Positions 28,661 through 39,267 of a DNA stretch of 64,000 nucleotides are shown here, in pieces (within the stretch, counting starts at the first letter, position 1; every line of letters starts with the position of its first letter). The notes below the pieces were generated by a model, which made no database searches, was not told where the DNA came from, and saw only the letters and a list, made by a program, of their open reading frames with translations. The position numbers and the translations under genes are program-made. The stretch is from positions 480,001 to 544,000 of the forward strand of contig CAWHBU010000003.1 of the NCBI GenBank assembly GCA_963827685.1, written 5' to 3'. This stretch comes from an uncultured delta proteobacterium (GTDB lineage Bacteria > Desulfobacterota > BSN033 > UBA1163).

Positions 28661-28876
28661 CTAACCAACTTTCTGATATGAAAAACCAACAGACTTGATG
28701 TTTTGATGAAAATAGGTCCCTTTGGATGATGCATTCATCAAACCATCATAGATGTCTTGAGAGACTCCAAAGTATTGGTAAATCCCGCCATGGTTGAACT
28801 CTATCTCCAATGTTAGACTTTCAGCATCATAACCAACAGAAGCCAAATTACTCGACTGGACTGGAATACGTTCCAT
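28661..28876 (-). CDS. KTSC domain protein
   Basis: V.SSNL.SVGYD...LEIEF..G.IYQY.GV...Y..LM.A.SKG.YF. Confidence 0.95.
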   Translation of the reverse strand: MERIPVQSSNLASVGYDAESLTLEIEFNHGGIYQYFGVSQDIYDGLMNASSKGTYFHQNIKSVGFSYQKVG

Positions 28877-28881
28877 TTGCG

Positions 28882-30687
28882 TTATCCTCCTTTTTTCTCA
28901 AGGGATACCGTGCGCTGCCGTCGCCAGCCAGTAACAGCCTTGTCGTATGGAGGGATTTTGACACGTTTACCTTTCCACCGTTTGGCTGGTTCAGGATCGT
29001 CGCTCTTCGGTCGTGGTTCGACAAGAGGCAGCCTTATCCGGCTTGGGATCTGGACCGCTTCGCCCAATACAAGGGCTTCACCTGTGCGCAATGCTGGAAG
29101 AAGATCTATCAAACCAGCAAGTGCATCAGGCACTGTGGACCTAACCCGGCCTTGATCGTCCGGGTTAGAAAGGCGAAGGGCAAAAAAAGTACCGCACTGG
29201 GAAAGTATAGTTTCATCAAGTTCGGATGGACGCTGACTCACAACAATGGCACCAACCCCATATTTTCTGCCTTCTTTTAGGACCCGACGTACGGATTTCC
29301 CCGCATACCCAGAGACGAATTGGCCCGATCCACCTTTAGGTAAATAAGAATGGGCCTCCTCATAAATGATGAGAAGTGGACGTTGCCTGCCGATCGAGGG
29401 TAAATCCCGTCCCCAGAACATGCATTCGAAAAGTACTCGTGTCACAACGCCAACAACGAGATCTGTTACCTCAGGAGGGACACCGCCAAGATCAAGAACG
29501 GTGATGGGGTCCGCATGATTGATCCACTCTGAAAGTAAATCGTTGAGGTCTTTTTTCACTCCGTCAAATTGCCCTGGATTTAGCAAAAAATCAAATCTTC
29601 TGTCCCTCAAGCGCCCCAGGACTTTGTTCAAGTATGATGCTAGTCCAACAGCCTTCTGGGTTTTGAATGGCGACGAAGCACCAGCTCCGGGTGGTTCAAA
29701 CTGAGGTGGAATCGCATCTTGTGCGCTTCCCGTCAGTTCCCTGCCATTCTTGTCCTTCTTGAATGCTATAGTGGTCCAATCGTCTTTCAGTCTGAGAGTA
29801 GCATGCTCTGCGGTATAGAATTCGTACCACATTGCTCTAAGGTCGAATGGAACTGGTGAATCAACTGTTATATCGTTTGTATTAATCGAACACGCCTTTA
29901 AATTTGCACAGGATCCGCGTTTGAGCTCAAATATGCGGTCTCTGAGTATTATGTCTTGCTGGCTTTCCGATGCTGTGCGTCTATCCACCAGGAACCAGCC
30001 AAGCTCATCAAAGGATAGAGCCCAGAATGGTATGAGTAAAGGATCCTTTGCGTCACCTATCGAGAAAACGCGCGCCTGCCCCTTAAGTGCGGCACCATAT
30101 TCCCCATGAGGATCGATCACCACCACCTGCGCGCTCGGGAAAACACCGCTGGTTATCGCTTTCAAGAAAGCAGCTACTGTATTAGATTTGCCGCTTCCAG
30201 TAGAACCAAGGATTGCCATATGTCTAGTCACGACTTTGTCCAGATCTATGGTTGCAGGCAGGCTTTCTGATGCGGCATGAGTTCCTATTTGTATCATAGA
30301 GGGAGAGAGCGAACCATATATTAGTGCGATATCCTCTTCCGTAACGACATGAACTTCGTCGTCTAGAGTTGGAAACACGCTTATACCACGTTGGAACCCC
30401 TCCTGACCATACGCCTCACCAACAAGTTGAACCTCTATCCACCTTTGCCCGGGTGGCGGAACAAACTCAAGTTCATCTGGTGGTGATTCCGAAGCTCCGA
30501 CCATTGAGACAACTCCGTATAAATTTAAAAAACCCAAGGGTATTCTAACAAATGAACCGACCTGCCCTAGCCTATAGACTCTTCCATGAATAATGGGGGA
30601 AACCGACATCTCAGATGAGATTCCAACAAAAACTTTGGCCCCCACTACACGGCGAACCGAACCTAGAAAGGTAGGCTGTGTCTTCAT
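28882..30687 (-). CDS. herA: HerA/FtsK-like ATPase (SIR2-HerA defence)
   Basis: N-terminal HAS barrel, RHMAILGSTGSGKS, IDPHGEY, EEAH, KEGRKYG, VSQRPSE. Confidence 0.92.
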   Translation of the reverse strand: MKTQPTFLGSVRRVVGAKVFVGISSEMSVSPIIHGRVYRLGQVGSFVRIPLGFLNLYGVVSMVGASESPPDELEFVPPPGQRWIEVQLVGEAYGQEGFQRGISVFPTLDDEVHVVTEEDIALIYGSLSPSMIQIGTHAASESLPATIDLDKVVTRHMAILGSTGSGKSNTVAAFLKAITSGVFPSAQVVVIDPHGEYGAALKGQARVFSIGDAKDPLLIPFWALSFDELGWFLVDRRTASESQQDIILRDRIFELKRGSCANLKACSINTNDITVDSPVPFDLRAMWYEFYTAEHATLRLKDDWTTIAFKKDKNGRELTGSAQDAIPPQFEPPGAGASSPFKTQKAVGLASYLNKVLGRLRDRRFDFLLNPGQFDGVKKDLNDLLSEWINHADPITVLDLGGVPPEVTDLVVGVVTRVLFECMFWGRDLPSIGRQRPLLIIYEEAHSYLPKGGSGQFVSGYAGKSVRRVLKEGRKYGVGAIVVSQRPSELDETILSQCGTFFALRLSNPDDQGRVRSTVPDALAGLIDLLPALRTGEALVLGEAVQIPSRIRLPLVEPRPKSDDPEPAKRWKGKRVKIPPYDKAVTGWRRQRTVSLEKKGG

Positions 30688-31928
30688 GTTTTTGAACCCC
30701 TTTGAATAGTCTCGGCAGACTCCTTGCTTATAGTGGTGGGAGAGACAGCAGCTTCCAGAACTGGACGGAACCCGATGAATAGCTCAAGAAAAGACGCAAA
30801 ATTGTTAAAGTCACCGAGAGTAAATTGTTTTCGGCTATCATCCCAGAAGGGCCAAATTTCTTCTTCTTTCTTTGCTCTGCTGGGTCCACCCCATGAGCCT
30901 ACAAGACCACCGATGCATGCCCTATCCGTACCATACACAGCAAAGTTTCGAAGTTCTTGGCCTAGCCGTATAAGATTCTCTTGTGGAGCAGAATGGCAGA
31001 ACACTGTGACGGCCAAATCGGGGTTTGAGCGAAGACCCTGAAAAATAATTTCATTGAGGTGTTGGTCACCGAAGCTATAACCAATTACAACCATAAGACA
31101 TGAGCTATAGGAAACAAACCTCCGGAGACGGTCTTGAAATGTAAGAAAAGGTAGTTTACGTGACTGTGTGTACTTCTCGCGGGATGGAAATATTACGAGT
31201 TCGCTCCCAACCGGAGTATTAGAACCAGAACTTCGAGATATCCTTGTCGGATTCCCATTTTGAGAATCAGAGATGTACCAATTAATAGATCCATGGAGTT
31301 TCCACAGCCGAGTCCAAGTTTTCGGTGGGTAGACAGATTGGGAATGCTTGGATGGCTCGGCTTCAACTGACTCAGGTACGAAGAACGGAGTGACGGACCC
31401 TATAAAGCCATCGAAAAAAGGTACAGAGAAGTTTTCCATCGACTTCTCTAATAAGAGGTCATAGTTTGTTGTGAAAAGCTCCACTGGCCAGTCACGATGA
31501 CTTCGAAGCTGTTGCAACCACTGTGCAAAAATGGCATGTGGTATCGGCTCTTGTGGGGAGGTATCATCTACGATGCGACGCATAGCTTGACAAATCTGTT
31601 TGTCGAGCTCTCTGGCAGCTTTAGCCCCAATGAGGCATCCGTACTGTCTATCTTCATTGTTTCCAAAAAGTTCACGGCAAATGCGAATATGGTCAAGAAT
31701 ATTCTCAACATTGGGATTCTTTATTCCCAACTCGGCTTTGACTTTCGAGAATTGTGTTTTGAATGGGTCGACAAGATGTCCCTCAACCCGTTCCGTTAAT
31801 TTTGTAATTCCAGGCAACCCAACTGCCATAGACGTGCCGGCGCCGAGGAAAAATGCTAATCTCCTTTCAGCAGGCGCTAGTTGCTCTCGTAGCTCATAAG
31901 CTTCGCGTAGCGGGTCATGAGAAGCCAT
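30684..31928 (-). CDS. SIR2-family NADase (SIR2_2)
   Basis: FFLGAGTS, FTTNYD, KLHGSINW, IGYSFGDQHLN; overlaps herA. Confidence 0.92.
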   Translation of the reverse strand: MASHDPLREAYELREQLAPAERRLAFFLGAGTSMAVGLPGITKLTERVEGHLVDPFKTQFSKVKAELGIKNPNVENILDHIRICRELFGNNEDRQYGCLIGAKAARELDKQICQAMRRIVDDTSPQEPIPHAIFAQWLQQLRSHRDWPVELFTTNYDLLLEKSMENFSVPFFDGFIGSVTPFFVPESVEAEPSKHSQSVYPPKTWTRLWKLHGSINWYISDSQNGNPTRISRSSGSNTPVGSELVIFPSREKYTQSRKLPFLTFQDRLRRFVSYSSCLMVVIGYSFGDQHLNEIIFQGLRSNPDLAVTVFCHSAPQENLIRLGQELRNFAVYGTDRACIGGLVGSWGGPSRAKKEEEIWPFWDDSRKQFTLGDFNNFASFLELFIGFRPVLEAAVSPTTISKESAETIQRGSKT

Positions 31929-32319
31929 TAGACAAAGACCTCCTTTTTCTATTGTCAAAATTCAAACCGGATTTATATTCCCAAAGGGACGAGTCCGTAG
32001 TTGAATTCTATCACTTATTTTGCCTTTCAGAAATCTCATCCACCCTCACCTCTTAATTAGTCTGGAGTACTTTCACTCACTGGGTCAGGCATTGCCAACA
32101 AGGTATTCTCACGAATTAATCCAACGCTTAAAAATAAAACCATCTCCTTTACTTCTCTTTCTACCCGATAGCCATCTTTCTAAAAATCTCTTTGTCCTTT
32201 GATTTACCTCCTCGATTTAGAGAGGATATCATAAAGCGATTCCAATCTAAGGGTAAACAATATTCTGGCACATCGGGGTAAACGATGTGTTGGCGCTTGG
32301 CAGATATTAATCATTAAAT

Positions 32320-34728
32320 TCATGCAAATTGCCAATCAAGCTCTTTTTTTCCGCACCGGCACTTAACTTTCTTGCCCACCTTATCGCCCAATTCTACAGA
32401 AACGTATTTCCTGCAATTCGGGCAGAAGAAAAGATCCTCGAATTCGTCTATGTCCTTCATAACCTGCTGAATGTCACCCTTGGATTGGAAGGGTGGGGAA
32501 TCATGAGAACTTTTAGCTGTGATTAGCGATAAAGTGACAAGCCTGTCCAGGATGGGAGCACCCTTAATGTTACTTTTTTCTCTGTTTAGCTTGCCTCGGA
32601 GCTCACTGAGCATTTCCCCTATCATCCTACGCTCATTAAGACCATCTGGCAAGTACTTCATCTTGACCTCAAGGTTGAATGAAATCTGCTTGAGTACGTG
32701 CTCCAGAAGTTTCCTCAGGTCGTTACCGACATCGAACTCATTTACCTTTACTTTGCGCTCAATCTTTTCTCTTATACCTACAATACTATCTCTAAACTGT
32801 ATACCATCATCTATGGACCAAGTCACATCGTTAAATAACCATCCTAAAGACTTCATCTCCGCATTAATAAGCTCGTACCAGAACTTCTCATGTGTAAAGA
32901 GCAATACTTGATAGTCCTTGAAATGGTCTTGCAGCAGTCTTAGTAAAGGGACCCTGTGGTCACTGTCAAAGCTTGAAATGACATCATCCAAGACAAAGAA
33001 CCTGTTCACCTTGTTGGAAAGCTTTACCGATGCCAAGAAGAGGCAAATGCCCAAACAGTGAAGATGGGACTCACTGAGATATTTGAGAGGAGGCTGTGAA
33101 TCCTTCCCATGGAAAGTTAACTTGAACTCGACACCCTCCTCACCAACAAGGTCAAACCGAATCTTTTCTATTCCCTCCTCTGTGTTCATCTCGCTGTAAA
33201 ACTTATCAACATCAGCAGAGATCGCATTAAGTGCTTTCTGCAGAATCTCCCCCTGAAGCTGTATGAACGAGTCCCTAATCTTGGTGACCGTATCTATCTG
33301 CGCTTCAAAGATATCAAGTTCTTTCGACAATACTTTATTGTCTTTGAAAATCCGATTCGCATTGCCAATAAGGTTAAATACCTGGAATTGAAGCCGTTGG
33401 CTTTCTGTCTCTGCCAGGGCAGTCATCTTCGTCTTTATCTTTGGAAGTAAACCGGCAATCTCGGTCTTCAGGTTACTAAACTGTTCCTCAAACAACTCAG
33501 AGTCCTTCTCAATGATTTCAAGCCGCTCAAATTTCCCTTCCACGTCCTTAATAACTTGATCGAGAGACGTCTGGGCTTTTGAAACCGTATCGTTGACTGC
33601 GTTAAAGTCAGCATCGTCTTCTATCTTGGCACGCGTCACCTCATCGAGTGCCTTTTTGATGCTCCTAAGGTTTAACAGGGCCAAGCTTTTCTTTGAATTC
33701 GCCTCTTGCACTTCTTTGTTGATTTCCTCAAGCTCCTGTAGCCTTTCAGCTATTTCATTGAGAACGCCTATGGAATCAATGCTACTAAGGCATAGGGGGC
33801 AGATGTTTTCACCAACTATCTTGTCCTGTATAACATCCTGCCCTTGCTCAAGAAGCTGCCTAAGACCTATCCTCCTGATTTTCTCCTTGTCTTTTAGCAG
33901 TTCAGCGTATGCCGTGAGAAAACCATCATAGTTTTCAGTCTTTTCAACGTCCTTTTTCAAGCTTTCAAGTGCTTGCTGCAAATCAGAGAGCTTTTGGCTT
34001 CTTTCAAGTTTGATCTTATCTGTCTTTACTTGGATTGTCTCTATACATGCATTAAGTGAAGCCTCATCAGTGACTACAATTCCAAGGTGTAAGGGCTTAA
34101 TCTGGGTGTTGACGATGAGATAAAGGTCTCCTTCGCTTTCTATCGTCTGGCCGATTTTGTCCATCAGGTAAGCATTGTTCTTTTCTATTTGGTCCCTTAC
34201 GCTCCTAAATTTTGAATTCTTTTCAAGAGAATTACAGGCCGATACGAGTGTGCTTCTTATATCACTAACATGGCGGTATCCAATTATGTCGAGTATCTGG
34301 GTGCGCTTTTCTCCCTTGGTGAGTAGCACAAACCTTAGTACATCCCCATACCTGAGGAAGAGCCGTTCTTTTTTGGACTGCTCAAGGTAATCGTTGAACT
34401 CTTGCGTGCCATTGCTGTATTTGCTACGGAATTTGGCATTCAGGGTCTTAATTGAATTAAGGCGGGTATCGCTGAAATCAATTGATAAAAGGATATCTTG
34501 ATTGTCAGGGAAGTGGGTGTTCCTCAGGCATTCCTCCTTGCAGTCCTCCCGCCAAAGGTGCTCTATCTTGTTGAAATAGAACCATTCAAGAGCATCTGTA
34601 ATCGTGCTCTTGCCACCACCGTTGTCTCCGTAAATCGCTACGGAGGCATGGCGATTGGTAAAGTCCATTTCGACAGGTAGTCTGGCTCCCCTGAACCCTT
34701 CAAGTTTAATCTTTCTTAGGCTCACCAT
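32320..34728 (-). CDS. SMC/Rad50-like ABC ATPase with zinc hook and C-terminal HEPN-like/Zn-ribbon region (RloC-like)
   Basis: GDNGGGKS Walker A, central CPLC, LSES signature, LDDVISSFD, TH; C-terminal LRKLLE...SSHD and CPNC/CRC. Confidence 0.75.
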   Translation of the reverse strand: MVSLRKIKLEGFRGARLPVEMDFTNRHASVAIYGDNGGGKSTITDALEWFYFNKIEHLWREDCKEECLRNTHFPDNQDILLSIDFSDTRLNSIKTLNAKFRSKYSNGTQEFNDYLEQSKKERLFLRYGDVLRFVLLTKGEKRTQILDIIGYRHVSDIRSTLVSACNSLEKNSKFRSVRDQIEKNNAYLMDKIGQTIESEGDLYLIVNTQIKPLHLGIVVTDEASLNACIETIQVKTDKIKLERSQKLSDLQQALESLKKDVEKTENYDGFLTAYAELLKDKEKIRRIGLRQLLEQGQDVIQDKIVGENICPLCLSSIDSIGVLNEIAERLQELEEINKEVQEANSKKSLALLNLRSIKKALDEVTRAKIEDDADFNAVNDTVSKAQTSLDQVIKDVEGKFERLEIIEKDSELFEEQFSNLKTEIAGLLPKIKTKMTALAETESQRLQFQVFNLIGNANRIFKDNKVLSKELDIFEAQIDTVTKIRDSFIQLQGEILQKALNAISADVDKFYSEMNTEEGIEKIRFDLVGEEGVEFKLTFHGKDSQPPLKYLSESHLHCLGICLFLASVKLSNKVNRFFVLDDVISSFDSDHRVPLLRLLQDHFKDYQVLLFTHEKFWYELINAEMKSLGWLFNDVTWSIDDGIQFRDSIVGIREKIERKVKVNEFDVGNDLRKLLEHVLKQISFNLEVKMKYLPDGLNERRMIGEMLSELRGKLNREKSNIKGAPILDRLVTLSLITAKSSHDSPPFQSKGDIQQVMKDIDEFEDLFFCPNCRKYVSVELGDKVGKKVKCRCGKKELDWQFA

Positions 34729-34915
34729 CTTCTTTTACAGCCGCCTCCCTGATAGACTCAAGCCTTTTTTCTATCGCTACCTTGCTAAAGTTATCTGTCT
34801 TGAAAAGCTCAGACAACGCCTCCCTCGTAGCGCGGTCGAGGCTCTCATCTTTTAGGACTTGTTCGAAGAACTCGTTGACTATCTCCTCACCCGATTTTAT
34901 AATTTCGTCAGTCAA
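34706..34915 (-). CDS. Small acidic helical protein overlapping the ATPase start
   Basis: 69-aa ORF with GAAGGG RBS. Confidence 0.6.
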   Translation of the reverse strand: MTDEIIKSGEEIVNEFFEQVLKDESLDRATREALSELFKTDNFSKVAIEKRLESIREAAVKEDGEPKKD

Positions 34916-35018
34916 TTCCCTTCACCTCAGCCCCGGTCGTGGGGTGTGCTTTCGGCTTTATAAAACTGCCGGAATCGAGGGGACACGTTTAAAACCTGAT
35001 CTGCTATAGTTACCGTTT

Positions 35019-35495
35019 ATGGAGACCAAAAGAGTTACGTTCTCCCGGGCCTACAAGCTAACTGACGCAACCATCAACCCATTGAAAGGCTACGTTGGCC
35101 TGTACCTCATATACCTGGACAACCTCGCCATCCCGTACCCATTTAGGGAGTCGAGGCTTATCTACATCGGCAAAAGCGATTCAAAACAATACAGCATAGG
35201 CAGAAGGCTCAAGGACCACATCTCGGGTGCAGGAAACCCCGGAGTTTACAACTATGCCCAGAAATACCACTTATCCTTCACGTTCGTTAACTTCGAACTC
35301 GTCAAGCCCTTCTGGAAAAACTCAATAGAAGACCTGGAAAATTATTTCATAAACGACTTCCTCAGAAAGTTCGGCAACTATCCCATATGCAACAACAGGA
35401 GCAGCTTCGAAGAAATTAGGCTGCCACCAGAAATCCAGCTCGAAATAGACTGGGGCTTCTTCTCGGCACAAACTCCCTCAGGAAATAGCCGCTAA
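35019..35495 (+). CDS. GIY-YIG-like nuclease
   Basis: GLYLI...LIYIGKS....IGRRL.DH, E..FI, P.CN. Confidence 0.75.
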   Translation: METKRVTFSRAYKLTDATINPLKGYVGLYLIYLDNLAIPYPFRESRLIYIGKSDSKQYSIGRRLKDHISGAGNPGVYNYAQKYHLSFTFVNFELVKPFWKNSIEDLENYFINDFLRKFGNYPICNNRSSFEEIRLPPEIQLEIDWGFFSAQTPSGNSR

Positions 35496-35731
35496 CTCGG
35501 CCTCCTGTGTTATGAATCCAATCCGTAGACTTACCAAACACCTTGCTAATTTCCAGGAAAATCTCAACAGGTTTGGGGCCTCTTCTCCGATTCTCCTTAA
35601 ATAAAAAATAAATAGATGCTATTTTTCTTTCTTCTGGTCCTCGGCTTTAAGGAACTTCTTTATTTATCTGAAAGGCTACCACGATATTTTGTGTTGTCAA
35701 GGACAAATTGTGAGTCATACGGTGGGTAAAG

Positions 35732-35772
35732 TTATCTTCTTAGCGTTCACCTTTTCCACCAAATTCCACCAA
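35732..35772 (+). repeat. Repeat A copy 8
   Basis: TATCTTCTTAGCGTTCACCTTTTCCACCAAATTCCACCAA. Confidence 0.9.
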
Positions 35773-35886
35773 AAGAACTATCCGTATTCTCAAGAGGCTA
35801 ACATTATAGAGCTAACAGCAGAGCCTTTTCAGAACCGTCTAGTTTTCTCCTAACAATCCTCGGAAGAGCCCTAATCAACTGTATAT

Positions 35887-36270
35887 TCAGAACATTCCGT
35901 TGTTATTGGCTGACGATTCCGGAATCTCCTGGATCGTATCCCAGTGTTCGACGATCTTTCCGTTCTCCAGCTTGAATAGATCGAAGATCGCGCGGCCTCG
36001 CGTGCCGGGAATGCGCACCGAGTGCACATGGAGAATGACATAGTCCCCCTCCGCAAAGACCCGCTTGATTTCGCTTCTCGCGTCCGGATAGTTCGACTTT
36101 AGGAACTCAACGAAAACTTTGAGGCCCTCCAGACCCTCTGCCACAAGGGGGTTATGCTGGATATAGCGATCTCCGATGTATCTTGAAGCAAGCTTAAAGT
36201 CCTTCTTATTAATGAGGAAGTTGTAGAATTCTTGAACGGTTTTTTTGTTGGCTTCGAGAGATGGTTGCAC
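35887..36270 (-). CDS. SnoaL-like (NTF2) protein
   Basis: YIQHNP, EGDYVILH, GKIVEHWD. Confidence 0.9.
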   Translation of the reverse strand: MQPSLEANKKTVQEFYNFLINKKDFKLASRYIGDRYIQHNPLVAEGLEGLKVFVEFLKSNYPDARSEIKRVFAEGDYVILHVHSVRIPGTRGRAIFDLFKLENGKIVEHWDTIQEIPESSANNNGMF

Positions 36271-36581
36271 GTCGGCACCTCCTTAGATGATGCGATTGCT
36301 CAGGAGCAAACCTTTTATTCCAAAACATCTCCTGATTGCCCGCCGTTATTCCTGCGTTCATCTCAAAAAATGGTATGTGTCCCTATTTCAGTCAGTCTTT
36401 AAATGAATTGCTATTTCCTGTTTCAGGTATTTTATGTTTTGGTTTTCCGAGATTGGTCTCCCAAAACCAGCAACTTCCAGTGTCAGGTCTACACCTTTCA
36501 CAAAGTTTTATCTTTACACGCCAGTGTGTCAGGCCTCCAAACATGAATCAAGCGAAACCACTTCGGTAAAAGCCCTAATGC

Positions 36582-36626
36582 GGGTTAACTCTATTTTCTT
36601 AGGTTCTCCTTCTCCACCCAGTTCTG
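36582..36626 (+). repeat. Repeat A copy 9 (degenerate)
   Basis: GGGTTAACTCTATTTTCTTAGGTTCTCCTTCTCCACCCAGTTCTG. Confidence 0.75.
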
Positions 36627-36743
36627 GATATGCTCACTTCAAAAATCTGCCCCTAAATATTCGCATCTTCTTCTTAAACCCACCTGTCGGCAATTTGTCC
36701 AATGACACACCCTGACCCCACTTGCTCGACGAGGGTGGAATGT

Positions 36744-37514
36744 TTAACCGGTAAAATGGATATAGAGAACCATTTCGATCGTAGCCACGAGGCTCGCTAA
36801 GGAATGCATGACCATCAAGAGATGAATTGAACCCGTTTTAAGTCGCGCTACTCCCAACAAGATACCAAGAGCAAAAACGGTCGTAATGCCGTAAATGTCG
36901 TACTGTACATGGATGACAGCCCAAAAGAAGGAAGTAATTCCAATCGCTCCTATGGGACCCAATCGGGAGTACCGAATCCCTTGAAAGAGGAACCCACGAA
37001 AGAAAATCTCTTCAAAAATCGGCGCCACAATGATGATCGCGAAAAGAAGGGCCGGAAGAAAGGAAGCGGTTTTATAAGCGTCGACCATAGAAGGGGGAAC
37101 GATCGGACGATGGAGAAGTAAAGTAACCGCATCGGATAGAAATAAAAGTGCTGCCAGAATAAGGAGCCACTTGACCCACTCGCTCGTCAGGGGCTCCTTA
37201 AAACCAATATAATTCTTGATGGAAATATTCTTGCGAAGTTTTGTGAACAAAAGAGTCAGAGGGATGCAAATCAGTCCCGAGACGATCTCGCTTATGGCGA
37301 TACAAAATCCATTGGAGGACAGGCTTTTCGCATAGACCTCCAAATCCAATCCTGGATGCTGGACCTTCGCGAGAGAAACGAAGCCAATCACAGTCAGCAA
37401 TTGAAGGGCACAAAAGAGAGCGAAGATGATCGCCGAAAACCCAAGGGTCGCCCAAAATCCCCAGGGCTTCACTTTAATTTCATCTGATGATAGCGACAAC
37501 TCATTCGACAACAT
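36744..37514 (-). CDS. CPBP (CAAX protease/Abi) intramembrane metalloprotease
   Basis: APIFEEIFFRG, FWAVIH, MH..N-equivalent motifs. Confidence 0.92.
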   Translation of the reverse strand: MLSNELSLSSDEIKVKPWGFWATLGFSAIIFALFCALQLLTVIGFVSLAKVQHPGLDLEVYAKSLSSNGFCIAISEIVSGLICIPLTLLFTKLRKNISIKNYIGFKEPLTSEWVKWLLILAALLFLSDAVTLLLHRPIVPPSMVDAYKTASFLPALLFAIIIVAPIFEEIFFRGFLFQGIRYSRLGPIGAIGITSFFWAVIHVQYDIYGITTVFALGILLGVARLKTGSIHLLMVMHSLASLVATIEMVLYIHFTG

Positions 37515-37566
37515 GGAATCCTCTCCAGAAAGAGGGCCGTAGGTTCTAAAACATTTTCACCTGACG

Positions 37567-37689
37567 AGGTCTACTTCTTACCGGTTACCTTTTTCACCAA
37601 ATTCCGCCAACATTGAAGACTTGATCCTGTATTCGCTCCACACTTCAACAAAATCTTCTGTCAAGTTTCAAGATCAGGAACCAGTTATT
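37567..37689 (+). repeat. Repeat A copy 10 (long form)
   Basis: AGGTCTACTTCTTACCGGTTACCTTTTTCACCAAATTCCGCCAACATTGAAGACTTGATCCTG...CTGTCAAGTTTCAAGATCAGGAACC. Confidence 0.9.
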
Positions 37690-37887
37690 CATGCCAATTA
37701 ATTTCTGATGTCAAGTTGTTTTAGAAGCGACGTCCCCATCTACTTTTGAAGAAAAAATACCTTTTACAACTTGAACGCTGTTTTCAGTGGGTTGTTTGAC
37801 TCTTCCTGAGCCAGAGATCGTCGATTGTGGAGCCTTTTAGGAGGTCGCAACTGGCCCAGCCATTCCTTACAAGGCAAGGGATCCACC

Positions 37888-39246
37888 TCATTGATCTTCT
37901 GAACCAGCCTGACCCAGTTTTTTCTGCCCGCGGCCAGGCAGTTTTAGTCGCCAAACGCCTAAATAAAGTAGGCCAACGAAGACAAGTCCCATAAATATGA
38001 TCGCAATTCTTCCCCAAAGCCCAAGATGCTTATTGCCGTCAAACGTTGTTATCAACGTGTTGACAGTGGATATAACCGAGAGGAGGGCAAATACAAGTCC
38101 TCCTACGGCAAACCTAAACGTCCTTGTTGCGCTTGCGGAATCCTCAATCCATTTGAACATTTCTTCCAATGCTCCTAATTGGTTTTTGATCTGATCGACT
38201 AACGTATTCATCTCTTCTGCTTTCCAGAATTCCTGCAATTGCTTCATGTACGCTGCTTTCAAGCGCACGTTTATTGGACTGGATTCGACGATAAAAGAGA
38301 TGACGAACATGCGGAAAAGCTTTAGTTGGCCGTAGCCCTCCGCTGCAACCATGGACGCACCGTTCATTCCACTTTGCAGCTTGTGCAGGTCGCAGCGGAG
38401 ATGCTTTTGAATCCAGAGGAAGCCAACAAAGGTCGAAAACCCAATTCCAAGTACCGGCAGATATGAACGATCCAGGGATTTGATTGAGGCATCTTTGTAG
38501 CGGATGCTGATCTCCTCAGACCCCTGGTTTTCGACGAAATCGATGAAATATACATCAAAAAGGATGTCTTCGTAGATTGAGAACATTTTGGGATCTTCAC
38601 GGACGGACTGCTCCGCGCGACGAAAGCTGTCCAATCGACTTCCCGAATGAGACGGAACAAGTTCTCTGTTGTAAGCGATAGCTTGTTTGCATTTCTCGAT
38701 GTCATCAGTGGAACAAAGAAGCGGGCTCAACATCTCGGTGGGAATGCAAGCGAAGATAACATCGGCAATCTCGTTGAAGATAAAGGTCAGCTCCACATAG
38801 TGCTCCTCGACGATTTCTTCCAGTTGAGCCAGACTGAAGAATCTTTTGCCGTCGAAGGAAATTTGCACCATGACCAAGATGACGCCGGTTGGACAAATCC
38901 AAATCAAGTGATCAAATTTGTATCCGTGAGGTGGAAGGGGCAATCGTTTTTCCTGAATGTACGTTGATAAGGCAAATACATCGAACAACTCGGTGTACGT
39001 GATCGTCAGTGGCTTGTCGAGCGGGAAAAACGTCTCTGGATGATAATCCATTTGAGCGATTTGAAAATGAGTTGCACTCTGAGAAATTCGCTGGGAGATC
39101 TGGTCTTTGACTTTGTTCCAGCTACTGGGGTCCCGTGTAGGATATAAGTAGAATGGAATGCTAATGTGGAACCCTGCCATGAAAACAAGACTGTGTTTGC
39201 CTGCGTTTTTATCGTTTGGAAACATCTTCTCATCCGTGAACAACAT
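37888..39246 (-). CDS. Hypothetical protein with two C-terminal TM helices (CorA-like topology)
   Basis: Long soluble domain, coiled coil, two TM segments; GGAGG RBS. Confidence 0.6.
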   Translation of the reverse strand: MLFTDEKMFPNDKNAGKHSLVFMAGFHISIPFYLYPTRDPSSWNKVKDQISQRISQSATHFQIAQMDYHPETFFPLDKPLTITYTELFDVFALSTYIQEKRLPLPPHGYKFDHLIWICPTGVILVMVQISFDGKRFFSLAQLEEIVEEHYVELTFIFNEIADVIFACIPTEMLSPLLCSTDDIEKCKQAIAYNRELVPSHSGSRLDSFRRAEQSVREDPKMFSIYEDILFDVYFIDFVENQGSEEISIRYKDASIKSLDRSYLPVLGIGFSTFVGFLWIQKHLRCDLHKLQSGMNGASMVAAEGYGQLKLFRMFVISFIVESSPINVRLKAAYMKQLQEFWKAEEMNTLVDQIKNQLGALEEMFKWIEDSASATRTFRFAVGGLVFALLSVISTVNTLITTFDGNKHLGLWGRIAIIFMGLVFVGLLYLGVWRLKLPGRGQKKLGQAGSEDQ

Positions 39247-39267
39247 TTTGAACCTCCATCGGCGTGT

